From a virus, in the IMG/VR virus record IMGVR_UViG_3300024517_000002: DNA of 46,082 nucleotides; one strand, given 5' to 3'. This document shows, one piece after another, positions 1 through 8,327 of this stretch. Below the pieces are notes generated by a model, which saw only the letters and a list, made by a program, of their open reading frames with translations, was not told the origin of the DNA and made no database searches. Numbering within the stretch: position 1 is the stretch's first letter; every line of letters begins with the position of its first letter. Position numbers and translations under genes: made by a program.

Positions 1-127
1 GAGCGCGTCAGCGGGCAGAACGCCGCCCTACGCGGTGAGATCGAGTCGGGAGCCACGGCCACCGCCGTGAGCGAAGGCGTCGAGGCTGGCAAGGCACGCG
101 CCCAATACCCTCAGGATAAGTTCATCT
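1..127. repeat. Terminal direct repeat, copy 1 (identical to 45956..46082)
   Basis: Base-by-base comparison: gagcgcgtcagcgggcagaac...gataagttcatct occurs at both ends of the window. It lies inside an open reading frame. Confidence 0.95.
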
Positions 128-795
128 CGTTCGCCGAGGAGTGCCTGGTCCGTGTCGGCTGGTTCGGGTACTACGTCGAGCAGATCGTGGAGCCCCTCGG
201 CGAGGAGACCACGGACCTCATCGCCGATGCCACGCAGGGGGACGACATCGGCACGGGGGGCGCCGTGGACCCCGCTCTGATCGGCGAGGGGACGGAGGCC
301 TGGTTCTTCGGCGGGAACTTCGAGGAGGGCTCAGGCGGCACGTATGCCGACCTGGAGCTGGAGATCGACCTCTTCTCGATGGTCCGCACGTCGGAGGCCA
401 CGCAGCGGCGCAAGGCTGAGGTGATTACCGCGGTGATGCTCCAGCTGGTCCCGATGATGGCGCAGTTCCCCTTCGTGAAGTGGCGCGAGGTGGTGGACAT
501 GCTGGGGGACCTGGAGAACATCCCGGACCTCAGCGATAGCTTCGACTGGAAGGCGCTGAGCGAGGCCACCGGGGCTAACACGCTGGCCCCCTCCGCGCCG
601 ATGACTACGAGCAACGCTGGCCGTATCGGGCAGCAGGCGTCAGGGTTCCGCGCCGAGGTCCCGAACCTCGCACGGTTCGCTCAGACGTTGCGGCCTGGCA
701 GCAGCCAGCAGGCACCGGGGCTTCGCTCCGGATCACTCAACGGGAACACCAACAGCGGCGCCGCAGGGCCCGCTCAAGCAATAGGGGCAGCATGA
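1..795 (+). CDS. Portal protein (putative), 3' part
   Basis: Position 1 is the first base of a codon in the ORF that starts at 44723. The track ORF 67..795 is the tail of the same frame. Stop is TGA at 793-795. Confidence 0.6.
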   Translation, partial: ERVSGQNAALRGEIESGATATAVSEGVEAGKARAQYPQDKFISFAEECLVRVGWFGYYVEQIVEPLGEETTDLIADATQGDDIGTGGAVDPALIGEGTEAWFFGGNFEEGSGGTYADLELEIDLFSMVRTSEATQRRKAEVITAVMLQLVPMMAQFPFVKWREVVDMLGDLENIPDLSDSFDWKALSEATGANTLAPSAPMTTSNAGRIGQQASGFRAEVPNLARFAQTLRPGSSQQAPGLRSGSLNGNTNSGAAGPAQAIGAA

Positions 796-1199
796 ACCTC
801 CGAACAGGCAACGCAGAACACGACGCTATCCTGGACCGGCTCCCGCGGTATACCTGTCACAAGGTGGTCCAGGCGGTGCAGATCAAGCTGATCGAGCCGA
901 TTATCGGCGATAGGGACGGCGCTCAGTGGCTCACGCCGGTGGAGCGCGGCCTGGGGCTGATCAAGCTGGAGGCCGCGTGGATCCGCCGGCACAACCCCGC
1001 GGTGGGCGGCTACCTCGTGGTGCAGCTCGATGGCCACGCGACGTACAGCACGGCCGAGGCCTTCGAGGCGGGCTATCGCATAGGGGACCAGGGCCCGAGC
1101 CCCGCTGGGGGCGTAGCGCCTGGCGAGATGGGCGGCGTCTCCATGGGTCCAGCCGCTGCGTTTGAGCCCCCTCTGGATCCCCCGGAGGTGCCCTCGTGA
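792..1199 (+). CDS. Hypothetical protein (135 aa)
   Basis: Track ORF. Its ATG overlaps the portal stop (ATGA). Confidence 0.6.
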   Translation: MNLRTGNAEHDAILDRLPRYTCHKVVQAVQIKLIEPIIGDRDGAQWLTPVERGLGLIKLEAAWIRRHNPAVGGYLVVQLDGHATYSTAEAFEAGYRIGDQGPSPAGGVAPGEMGGVSMGPAAAFEPPLDPPEVPS

Positions 1200-1363
1200 G
1201 CGGCGACAAGCAGCTGACCCGCTGGGCCCGCATGGGCTTCAAACGCGTGCTGATGTGGGGCTCGTGGCACGAGCTGCGTGTTCCCGAGCCGGGGAACGTC
1301 ATCCAGGCCAAGTACGACCGCAAGAACCCGCGGAAGTCGTACCTCGCGGAGGTGAAGGCGTGA
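1196..1363 (+). CDS. Hypothetical small protein (55 aa)
   Basis: GTG start overlaps the upstream TGA (GTGA). Third codon positions are almost all G/C. Too short for the ORF track. Confidence 0.5.
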   Translation: MSGDKQLTRWARMGFKRVLMWGSWHELRVPEPGNVIQAKYDRKNPRKSYLAEVKA

Positions 1364-1509
1364 GCGGTGCTGACTGGAACGAGGACCGTAAGGCGGCGTG
1401 CCCCGAGTTCGCCTCGCTGGAGGCCCACAAGCGGCCGTGGATGCCCTGCGCGCCGAAGCCGCCTACGAACGCGAGCTGGCCGCTGACGCGCGTCAGGTCC
1501 TGCGCCTGA
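1360..1509 (+). CDS. Hypothetical small ORF (49 aa), possibly the 5' half of a frameshifted gene
   Basis: GTG 1360 overlaps the upstream stop (GTGA). GC3 is very high. The C-terminal residues look non-protein-like. Confidence 0.35.
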   Translation: MSGADWNEDRKAACPEFASLEAHKRPWMPCAPKPPTNASWPLTRVRSCA

Positions 1510-1568
1510 AGATTACCGACCTACAAGACGAACTACGCGAGCACCGCAAGTTGCAAGGAACCCTCTGA
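1437..1568 (+). CDS. Hypothetical coiled-coil ORF (43 aa), possibly the 3' half of a frameshifted gene
   Basis: Reads VDALRAEAAYERELAADARQVLRLKITDLQDELREHRKLQGTL. Its stop overlaps the next ATG (TGATG). Confidence 0.3.
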   Translation: MDALRAEAAYERELAADARQVLRLKITDLQDELREHRKLQGTL

Positions 1569-1813
1569 TGACCCGCAAAGCTGAACGTGAAGCACGCCAA
1601 GCCGGCCGACATCGCTACGCCGCTGCCGACGTGACCGAGGTTCTCGTCGAGGCCCACACGCCGGACGCCTCCGATGAGCCCACGTCCGAGCCTGTGCCCC
1701 TGGCTGGCGGGGTATTCGAACGCGTGTTGCGTGCCGCCATGGGGCAAGGCTCGACGCCCGCCCCCCTCGACGAGCCCGACGGGGACACCATCGGCGAGGA
1801 CCACGAGGACTAG
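1568..1813 (+). CDS. Hypothetical acidic protein (81 aa)
   Basis: Track ORF. Start is coupled to the upstream stop. Confidence 0.55.
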   Translation: MTRKAEREARQAGRHRYAAADVTEVLVEAHTPDASDEPTSEPVPLAGGVFERVLRAAMGQGSTPAPLDEPDGDTIGEDHED

Positions 1814-1836
1814 GCTCAGGCCGGGAAAACCACATC

Positions 1837-2103
1837 ATGGACACGACACGACGACGATTCCTCACTGGCCTATGCGGCGTGGCGGCCTGCGCAGGGCTCG
1901 CCGCGGCAGCTCAGCCGATGGTCTGCGAGCACTGGGAGCGGCGCGAGAACGGGGTCGATATCCCGCTGACGGAGCTGGAGCGCGCGGACCTCTACAAGCG
2001 ACTGCGTGCCGACAAGGAGCGGGCTTTCTGGGCCAACGCGATGAACGGCGTGGAGGACCAGCTGTTTGCTGGCCCTGCGTTGCCTGGGGGGTGCTCGATC
2101 TGA
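1837..2103 (+). CDS. Small exported protein with a twin-arginine (Tat) signal peptide
   Basis: The N-terminus MDTTRRRFLTGLCGVAACAGLAAAAQP matches the Tat consensus (S/T)RRxFLK followed by a hydrophobic region and an AxA-like site. Confidence 0.6.
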   Translation: MDTTRRRFLTGLCGVAACAGLAAAAQPMVCEHWERRENGVDIPLTELERADLYKRLRADKERAFWANAMNGVEDQLFAGPALPGGCSI

Positions 2104-2546
2104 TGCCGCACTATCAATTCAAGGCTCGTGACGGCGAGGAGCTCGTGGAGTTCTTCGAGTTCAAGGATTGCCCCGAGGTGGGGTCCTACATCGAGCGCGA
2201 GGGGAAACGCTATCGCCGCATCATGTCCACGGGGGTCATGCTGACGGCTGCCCCTGAATATCACTTCAAGAGCCAGCAGGTGGGCGACCACGACGAGCTG
2301 GCGCCCCACCGGGACTCCGAGGGAGTCGCCGCGTTCACCTGCAAGGCTGAGGTGGATAAGTTCATCGACGCCTCACGCGGGAACATGGAGCGCGGCGGCA
2401 TCGGCTGGAATCTTGAGGGGCGACGCACGCGGGACGACCGCGGCGAGGAATCCAAGGCCGCGAAGCTGGCCAAGCGGGAGCGCGCCGAGCTGAAAGCCCT
2501 CATGAGCGACACCGACACAACCGTGGGCGAAAGCCTCAAGCACTAA
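2103..2546 (+). CDS. Hypothetical protein (147 aa)
   Basis: An internal ATG of track ORF 1674..2546 overlaps the upstream TGA (TGATG). The N-terminal extension in the track overlaps other genes. Confidence 0.65.
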   Translation: MPHYQFKARDGEELVEFFEFKDCPEVGSYIEREGKRYRRIMSTGVMLTAAPEYHFKSQQVGDHDELAPHRDSEGVAAFTCKAEVDKFIDASRGNMERGGIGWNLEGRRTRDDRGEESKAAKLAKRERAELKALMSDTDTTVGESLKH

Positions 2547-2556
2547 GGGAAAACGA

Positions 2557-3600
2557 ATGGTATCCAACGTACCGGTAACACGAGCAATGGTCGGCGCTGG
2601 GAGCCGCGACATGGGCGATTCTGGCACCATGGCCCCCATCCCGAGCACCGTGCCGGCTGACCCCGGCAATGCGTCCGACGAGCTGACGTTCGAGGGCTTC
2701 GAGGAAATCATGAAGGGCCGCGGCTTCTCCGAGGAGTCCGACCCCATGCTGACCGAGATGGGGATCGACCACGAGCCCGACCTCGTGGCTCCCGCCCTCA
2801 ATGACCCCGACGTGGAGGCCCCTGCTGATGTTGCCCCTCAGGCGCCCTCAGTTGACGCCCTGGCGGACCTGACGCCGCTTGAGCTTCTGGACCATCGGGA
2901 CGCCATCGACACGCTGACGGCCGCGGGGTACACCGTGGACGAGCTGGCATCGATGAGCCCGGCGACCCACGTAAAGACCGCGCAGGTGATGCGTGGACAT
3001 CAGGCCAAGGCCACGGACAGCTCCGCGGTGGAATCCGCGCTGGCCCCGACGGCTGAGGCGCCGGCTCCGTTCGACGTGAAGGCTCTCATGGAGGGCATGC
3101 GTGAGGAGCTGGGCGAAAAGACGACCGGCGACATGGGCTCGCTGTTCGAGAAGCTGCTAGGGCACGTTGACCAGCGGATCAGCAAGGCGCAGGACGACGC
3201 CGCGACCCAGGCCAACGGGATGCGGCTCATCGCTGAGCAACGCCTGCGGCTGGAGGGGGCGAACCCCGGCCTGAAGGACCGGCCGCACGTCATGGAGCGG
3301 GTTGTCGGCACCGTGAACGCGCTTCTCGAGTCCGGGCTTCACGGCTCGGACCCTGAGCACCTGTTCAACGTAGCTGCCGGCACGTACCGGCTGGACACCG
3401 AGGCGCGGGCCATGAAGCCGAAGGCCTCCACGCGCGACATCCTCGGCGGGCAGCCGAAGCCGTCGCGTCAGCTGGCGAGCGGCGCAGCGGGGCCGAAGCA
3501 GACCAAGGGGGGTTATACGTACGCGTTGCTTGCAGCGAGGCTCAATGGGCTTTCGCAGGAAGCAGCGTTGCAGAAGCTAGGACCGGCTCCCACCTCGTAA
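2557..3600 (+). CDS. Scaffolding protein (putative)
   Basis: 347 aa, acidic, Ala/Glu/Leu-rich and helix-prone. It lies between the portal and capsid genes. AAGGGAAAAC precedes the ATG. Confidence 0.5.
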   Translation: MVSNVPVTRAMVGAGSRDMGDSGTMAPIPSTVPADPGNASDELTFEGFEEIMKGRGFSEESDPMLTEMGIDHEPDLVAPALNDPDVEAPADVAPQAPSVDALADLTPLELLDHRDAIDTLTAAGYTVDELASMSPATHVKTAQVMRGHQAKATDSSAVESALAPTAEAPAPFDVKALMEGMREELGEKTTGDMGSLFEKLLGHVDQRISKAQDDAATQANGMRLIAEQRLRLEGANPGLKDRPHVMERVVGTVNALLESGLHGSDPEHLFNVAAGTYRLDTEARAMKPKASTRDILGGQPKPSRQLASGAAGPKQTKGGYTYALLAARLNGLSQEAALQKLGPAPTS

Positions 3601-3650
3601 GGACGGCAGCCATATTCACAGGCCACTAACCCAAACCAGGAGTTATCGCG

Positions 3651-5051
3651 GTGGTCAATGCAACAATCAGCGAAATCTATGCTGATGTCTTTCTCACGAC
3701 GGGTCCGTTCGTAGCGACCAAGAAAGAGAAAGTCGTCAGCGAGATCACTCGCCGCACGTTCTTCAACAACTACGTCATGAAGGGCTTCCCCAACGGAGGC
3801 GGCTCCATGATGGACATGTTCAACGGCGGCGAAATCATCCAGGACACCATCCTCCTGGACGAGTTCAACACGTTTATGCGCTATGACCCTGAGGACGAGT
3901 TCTCGTACCCCAGCGGTGAAGTGCTGACGAACTGGGAGGTGCCGTATCGCTATGCGAAGGCCCACCTGAAGTTCACGAAGCACGAGCGTCGGCATAACAC
4001 CGGCGGGCGCGTTGGTGGCGGCATGAAGGGCATGTTCCACCAGTACAAGAACCTGTTCAGAACGAAGGAGCAGAACTTCTGGGCCAACGTCTGCAACAGC
4101 CTTGAGGACGAGTGGTTCAACATCCCGTCGAACGCTGACATGGAGGCAAAGGACGGGAAGATCCCGTACTCGCTGCCGTGTGGCGTCAACGACTACGTGC
4201 AAAGCTCCGTCGCCGGTGAGGATACCGTCGGCGTGACCACGACCGGGCTTGCCCCGGCTGGCGTTTCTGGCACGGCGTGGACCACGCTGCAAGGGATTGA
4301 CCCCGCGGTGAAAACCAAGTGGCAAGCTCAGCACGGGTTCTACTACGACGTTCCGCAGGGCAACGACTGGACGGGATGGCCCGCCTTCTCGCGTCTGTGG
4401 AAGCGTCTGAAGTTCGGCCGTATGCCGAAGCGTGAAGAGCTGGGCGAGGGCGAGTCCTTCCCCGGCGCGATCTTCACGTCGGAAGAAGGCGCGACCATGT
4501 ACGAGATTGCTCTCGTGGCCGCGAACGACCCGCTGAGTGCGGCGACGATGGGCCGCGGCAATGGCGCGATCCAGGGTCCGCTGATGTACAAGACGGCTCC
4601 CGTCGAGTACCTCGAATCGATGACCTCCGGCGTGTTTTACGCTGATGCCATCGCCAACGGAGCCACGACTGGGCCCGGCGGCGTGGGCACGGCGGCCGGT
4701 CGCGGCGCGGCTGGCGGTGGCGCCGGCGTGGCTAACTTCGTCCCGGAGTTCACGGACAGCGTGGACTTCGACGATGTGGCTCTCGTCGGGCAGACCTTCA
4801 CGGTTGGCGGAACCACGTTCACGATCGGCACGCCCGAAAACCGAACTGGCCCCCGCTTCAAGTTCCTCAACAATGAGTATCTCCGCACCTTCTTCCCTGA
4901 AGGCGAGATGTTCGAGACGGTGAAGGTCAAGCCCTCCCGTCAGCCGCACTCCACGGTGCTCGTTACTGACATCTGGAACAACAACTACTTCCGCTCCCTG
5001 CGGCGCATGGGTGAAATCATCCCGGGCATCGCTCTGGGTCGCGTCGCCTAG
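3651..5051 (+). CDS. Major capsid protein (putative)
   Basis: 466 aa. AGGAG sits 8 nt upstream of the GTG start. It follows the scaffold-like gene, and a strong terminator lies downstream of the next gene. Confidence 0.6.
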   Translation: MVNATISEIYADVFLTTGPFVATKKEKVVSEITRRTFFNNYVMKGFPNGGGSMMDMFNGGEIIQDTILLDEFNTFMRYDPEDEFSYPSGEVLTNWEVPYRYAKAHLKFTKHERRHNTGGRVGGGMKGMFHQYKNLFRTKEQNFWANVCNSLEDEWFNIPSNADMEAKDGKIPYSLPCGVNDYVQSSVAGEDTVGVTTTGLAPAGVSGTAWTTLQGIDPAVKTKWQAQHGFYYDVPQGNDWTGWPAFSRLWKRLKFGRMPKREELGEGESFPGAIFTSEEGATMYEIALVAANDPLSAATMGRGNGAIQGPLMYKTAPVEYLESMTSGVFYADAIANGATTGPGGVGTAAGRGAAGGGAGVANFVPEFTDSVDFDDVALVGQTFTVGGTTFTIGTPENRTGPRFKFLNNEYLRTFFPEGEMFETVKVKPSRQPHSTVLVTDIWNNNYFRSLRRMGEIIPGIALGRVA

Positions 5052-5082
5052 TCCCACATCTCAACGAAAGGAGATTGATTCA

Positions 5083-5604
5083 ATGACTATGGCAGTAACA
5101 GCCCGCAGGGGCATCGACACCACGCTCAACGAGCGTGAAATCGTCAACGGCGAGCCGGTACTCGGGGGCGGCTCAGCGCCCGTTGGGGGCATCGTGCTCT
5201 TCAACGAGTCCCGCGTGACCTCTCTCCCGCTCGTAACCAACAGTAATGTTGGGCGCGACGACTCGGGAAAGGTGGTCTGCATCCGACCCGTGGCCGGCGA
5301 TGCTCTGCTCTTTGGCAAGTACGCGGTGATCGTCAACAAGGCCATCGCATCGGAGGGCAAGGGCTCTGCGGTCGTGACCGGTGATCAGGTGATGATCACC
5401 ATCATCTTCGACGGCAACGAATCGGGGGGCGCTCCGGTGTCTCCCGCTGCGGCGCTCTACACGGGCGTGGTCGTTCCTGGCGCAATTACGGGCCAGAAGA
5501 TCATCGCCACCCTCAACGACCCGTGGACGGGTGGAGCTGCGACTGGAACGGTCGCCTGCACCCTCCGCGGCGACGTTGGCTTCGGGAACATCCCGAACGC
5601 CTAA
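5083..5604 (+). CDS. Virion protein (possible capsid decoration or accessory protein)
   Basis: An internal ATG has the strong SD AAAGGAG 7 nt upstream. 173 aa, Gly/Val-rich. It lies just before terminator 5630-5673. Confidence 0.55.
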   Translation: MTMAVTARRGIDTTLNEREIVNGEPVLGGGSAPVGGIVLFNESRVTSLPLVTNSNVGRDDSGKVVCIRPVAGDALLFGKYAVIVNKAIASEGKGSAVVTGDQVMITIIFDGNESGGAPVSPAAALYTGVVVPGAITGQKIIATLNDPWTGGAATGTVACTLRGDVGFGNIPNA

Positions 5605-5629
5605 ACCCGAACGGTTTTCCCGAACCTTA

Positions 5630-5673
5630 GGGGGTCTCTCCCGCTTCTGGCCCCAGTGGCTGGAGAGACCCCC
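5630..5673 (+). terminator. Intrinsic terminator after the capsid operon
   Basis: 12-bp perfect stem, gggggtctctcc (5630-5641) with ggagagaccccc (5662-5673), followed by a T/C-rich tract. Confidence 0.7.
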
Positions 5674-5702
5674 GCCCTTCTTCTCTCAAGGACACTCCTC
5701 CG

Positions 5703-6383
5703 ATGGCATGGACAGCAATACGAAACGGGCCCCTGATCATCGCATCGGAGGTCGTGCTCAACGACAACGACAAAACCTTCAGCATCTCCGACCTGCCCGA
5801 CAGGCTCACCACGGCGAGGGCCCTTGAGCTGCTAGCTATCCGCATCGAGTACAACGCCGACGCATCGCCGGCCGCGGTACGTAACCCCATCGTGCAGATC
5901 CGCGGGCGTGATGAGGTGATCACGACGGGAGACTGCACCGTGGGCGGCGACGTGGACACGCTGATTGACACCGCCGCGTCGTTCATCTCCGACGGCATCA
6001 TTCACCCCGGGGACATCGCGACGAACGTAACGGACGGATCCGTCGCGCAGGTGGTCTCCGTGGATAGCGAATCGACGATCACCACGACGGCCCTCACTGG
6101 CGGCGGATCCAACGATTGGCTCTCCGTCGTCCCTGACGTGTACTCCATCTCGACGTTCGACGTGTTCGCCACGTTTGAGTTCGGCGCATCCGTCGCGGCT
6201 GGCGCTCAGCAGGTATTCACGCTGGCGCAGAACGCGCTGAGCAACACCGGCAACAGTCAACGCACCGACCGCCTGCCCGACGGCATGCTGATCGGCCAGG
6301 CGCTGGATCTGCGCATCCTGGAGGTGCTGAATCAATCCGCGGCGGACGACATGATCGTTCACCTCCACCTCAAGGCGGCGTAA
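5703..6383 (+). CDS. Virion structural protein (hypothetical, 226 aa)
   Basis: Track ORF within the structural gene block. Confidence 0.6.
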   Translation: MAWTAIRNGPLIIASEVVLNDNDKTFSISDLPDRLTTARALELLAIRIEYNADASPAAVRNPIVQIRGRDEVITTGDCTVGGDVDTLIDTAASFISDGIIHPGDIATNVTDGSVAQVVSVDSESTITTTALTGGGSNDWLSVVPDVYSISTFDVFATFEFGASVAAGAQQVFTLAQNALSNTGNSQRTDRLPDGMLIGQALDLRILEVLNQSAADDMIVHLHLKAA

Positions 6384-6387
6384 TCCG

Positions 6388-7944
6388 ATGACCCTCACTG
6401 TTGCGAAGCTCGACAAGTTCATCAGCCACTTTCTCGACGGCGAGCAGGGATCGCCCATCTCGTCGCGTGAGATCGTCAACCAGGTTGGTGAGTGGTTCGT
6501 GACTGAGAATCAGTGGGGGTTCAATCTGCGCCGCACGAAGCTAACGGTGCGGCAGAAGCTCGATTTTAGCGGCTCCTACAACGCCGAGACGTTGATCCTC
6601 CGCAAGGCTGCGCTGTTCAAGGACTACGAACACACGCCGGGGGACTACATCGCGCTGGAGGCGTTCGCATCCCTGCCGAACACCACGCCGGACGAGTACC
6701 GCATCAGGCGCCGCGTGGACGCCGACACCGTGGAGTTGGAGTCAAAGATCCACCGGAACATGATCGAGTGGACCGAGGACTACGACGACGTAGTAAACAG
6801 CGCCTATTTCACCGAGATAAACGGGCCGATCACCTACGTTACCGACACGTCGGGGACCACGGACCCCATCGGGGGTAGTAACGCCGAGGAGATCGATGCC
6901 AATAACGGCGGCGGTGTAGCGTCTATTGGGCGCGCATTTACGACGACGAGCACGCCGGAAAAGGTCACCGACAAAAAGGCGTACTGCTTCTCCATCCACA
7001 CGAAGCAGATCCCAGCGGATACGCAGGGAATGCAGATAGCGATTGCCCACACTGGTGGTTCGAAGTCTGTTTCACTGGTTTTCAACACGACCAACGGTGC
7101 AGCCAACGCCCCCACAGTGGCGGGCGGTCCTTCCTTTGCAACGGGCTTTGAGACGCTGGCTAACGGGTGGTATCGGCCTTGGATTACAATCCTCTTCGAT
7201 GCCCTGGACTCCTTGACTCTCACTGTGACCATCACTCCAAAAAGTTCCGCCGGAGGCATTGGCGGGCACTACTTCTGGGGAACGAGTTTCGAGGAGGTTG
7301 CGGACTTCAACGTAGGCCCGTCGCGATACGAGCGGCGCGACGACGATACGGGTGTTTGGACGCCAGCCACGCTCGCAGGCCTGATTCCTAACAACGTGAT
7401 CGAGCTGCCGGCGGACCTGGCGGACGTTACGGCGATAGCCTCGAACACCGACACGCTGGACCACTTCACCTGGAGCGGCCAGCAGGAGATGGCGGAGCTT
7501 CGCAATAACACCCGGTTCTTCGAGAACTTCGGGCTGAGGGGGGCCATTGTCGGCTACGAGCCGACGGACGGGGGAGAGCTGAAGTATCGGCTGGAGCTTG
7601 ACCGCGAGCAGTCCACGAGCGTGGACAAGCTGGAGATGCGATACATCGCCGGCTGGAAGCGGGTCACGCTGGACGACGAGCGGCTTCCGCTGCCGGCGGA
7701 CGGCTGGCTCGATGCGCTGTTCACCCAGGCTGTCATGGCCTGGGCTGGCGGGCTGGATGAGGAGGACGATGAGCCTCTGCACTCCCGTCTGCATCGTCTC
7801 ACGGATAGCAAGATGTGGACGCGTGCCGTGGGGCGCGACGCCGGAATGCAGCGGGATATGGGGCCTTCACGCGGTAGCGACATCCGCCCGCGCCACACGT
7901 CAGGCCGAGGGGTGTTCTATGACATCTCGACGGTCGCCGATTAG
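6388..7944 (+). CDS. Virion structural protein (hypothetical, 518 aa; candidate adaptor or tail-tube protein)
   Basis: Track ORF, tightly packed within the structural block. Confidence 0.6.
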   Translation: MTLTVAKLDKFISHFLDGEQGSPISSREIVNQVGEWFVTENQWGFNLRRTKLTVRQKLDFSGSYNAETLILRKAALFKDYEHTPGDYIALEAFASLPNTTPDEYRIRRRVDADTVELESKIHRNMIEWTEDYDDVVNSAYFTEINGPITYVTDTSGTTDPIGGSNAEEIDANNGGGVASIGRAFTTTSTPEKVTDKKAYCFSIHTKQIPADTQGMQIAIAHTGGSKSVSLVFNTTNGAANAPTVAGGPSFATGFETLANGWYRPWITILFDALDSLTLTVTITPKSSAGGIGGHYFWGTSFEEVADFNVGPSRYERRDDDTGVWTPATLAGLIPNNVIELPADLADVTAIASNTDTLDHFTWSGQQEMAELRNNTRFFENFGLRGAIVGYEPTDGGELKYRLELDREQSTSVDKLEMRYIAGWKRVTLDDERLPLPADGWLDALFTQAVMAWAGGLDEEDDEPLHSRLHRLTDSKMWTRAVGRDAGMQRDMGPSRGSDIRPRHTSGRGVFYDISTVAD

Positions 7945-7955
7945 GGAAAACCAAG

Positions 7956-8327
7956 ATGAACCTAGCTAAAGTCACGCTCACTCTCGCCTCACTCCCCGGA
8001 CCCCTCACGGTGCACATGCCCGTGCCCCTGGCGAAGTCTCTGCTGACGTCGTGGGGCAGGGACGTCAGCGTGATTCAGTTCAACGGCTGGCAGCGGTCAG
8101 ACGACGAGGGACACCCGGAAACGTACAGCGTGGCGAACCGCGACATCTCATACGTGCGCGTCTCGTGGCCTGACGTGGACGACGCCACGGCTGAGATGAA
8201 AGCCCTTCAGGAGGCCCACATAGCCCTCGATAATAGCCCCCGCAAAGAGATGGCTGAGTCCATGACTATAAACGAGGGGCTGATGCAGGCGGCCCGAGCG
8301 GCCGGCGTGGAACTCAACGATGCCTAA
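7956..8327 (+). CDS. Hypothetical protein (123 aa)
   Basis: Track ORF. TAGGGAAAACC lies 4 nt upstream of the ATG. Confidence 0.6.
   Translation: MNLAKVTLTLASLPGPLTVHMPVPLAKSLLTSWGRDVSVIQFNGWQRSDDEGHPETYSVANRDISYVRVSWPDVDDATAEMKALQEAHIALDNSPRKEMAESMTINEGLMQAARAAGVELNDA

Noticed and set aside
1-127. The 127-bp terminal repeat as a genuine phage direct terminal repeat or cos-type end.
   Set aside because: It falls in the middle of the portal coding frame, and its length equals a common assembler k-mer. It is most simply an assembly overlap that marks circular closure. This still needs read-level confirmation.
3513-5057. A 514-aa reverse-strand ORF covering the whole capsid-like gene.
   Set aside because: It is antisense to a gene with an SD site and a protein-like composition. 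Its own translation is Arg/Gly/Val/Ala-rich and low-complexity, as expected for stop-poor antisense frames in GC-rich DNA.
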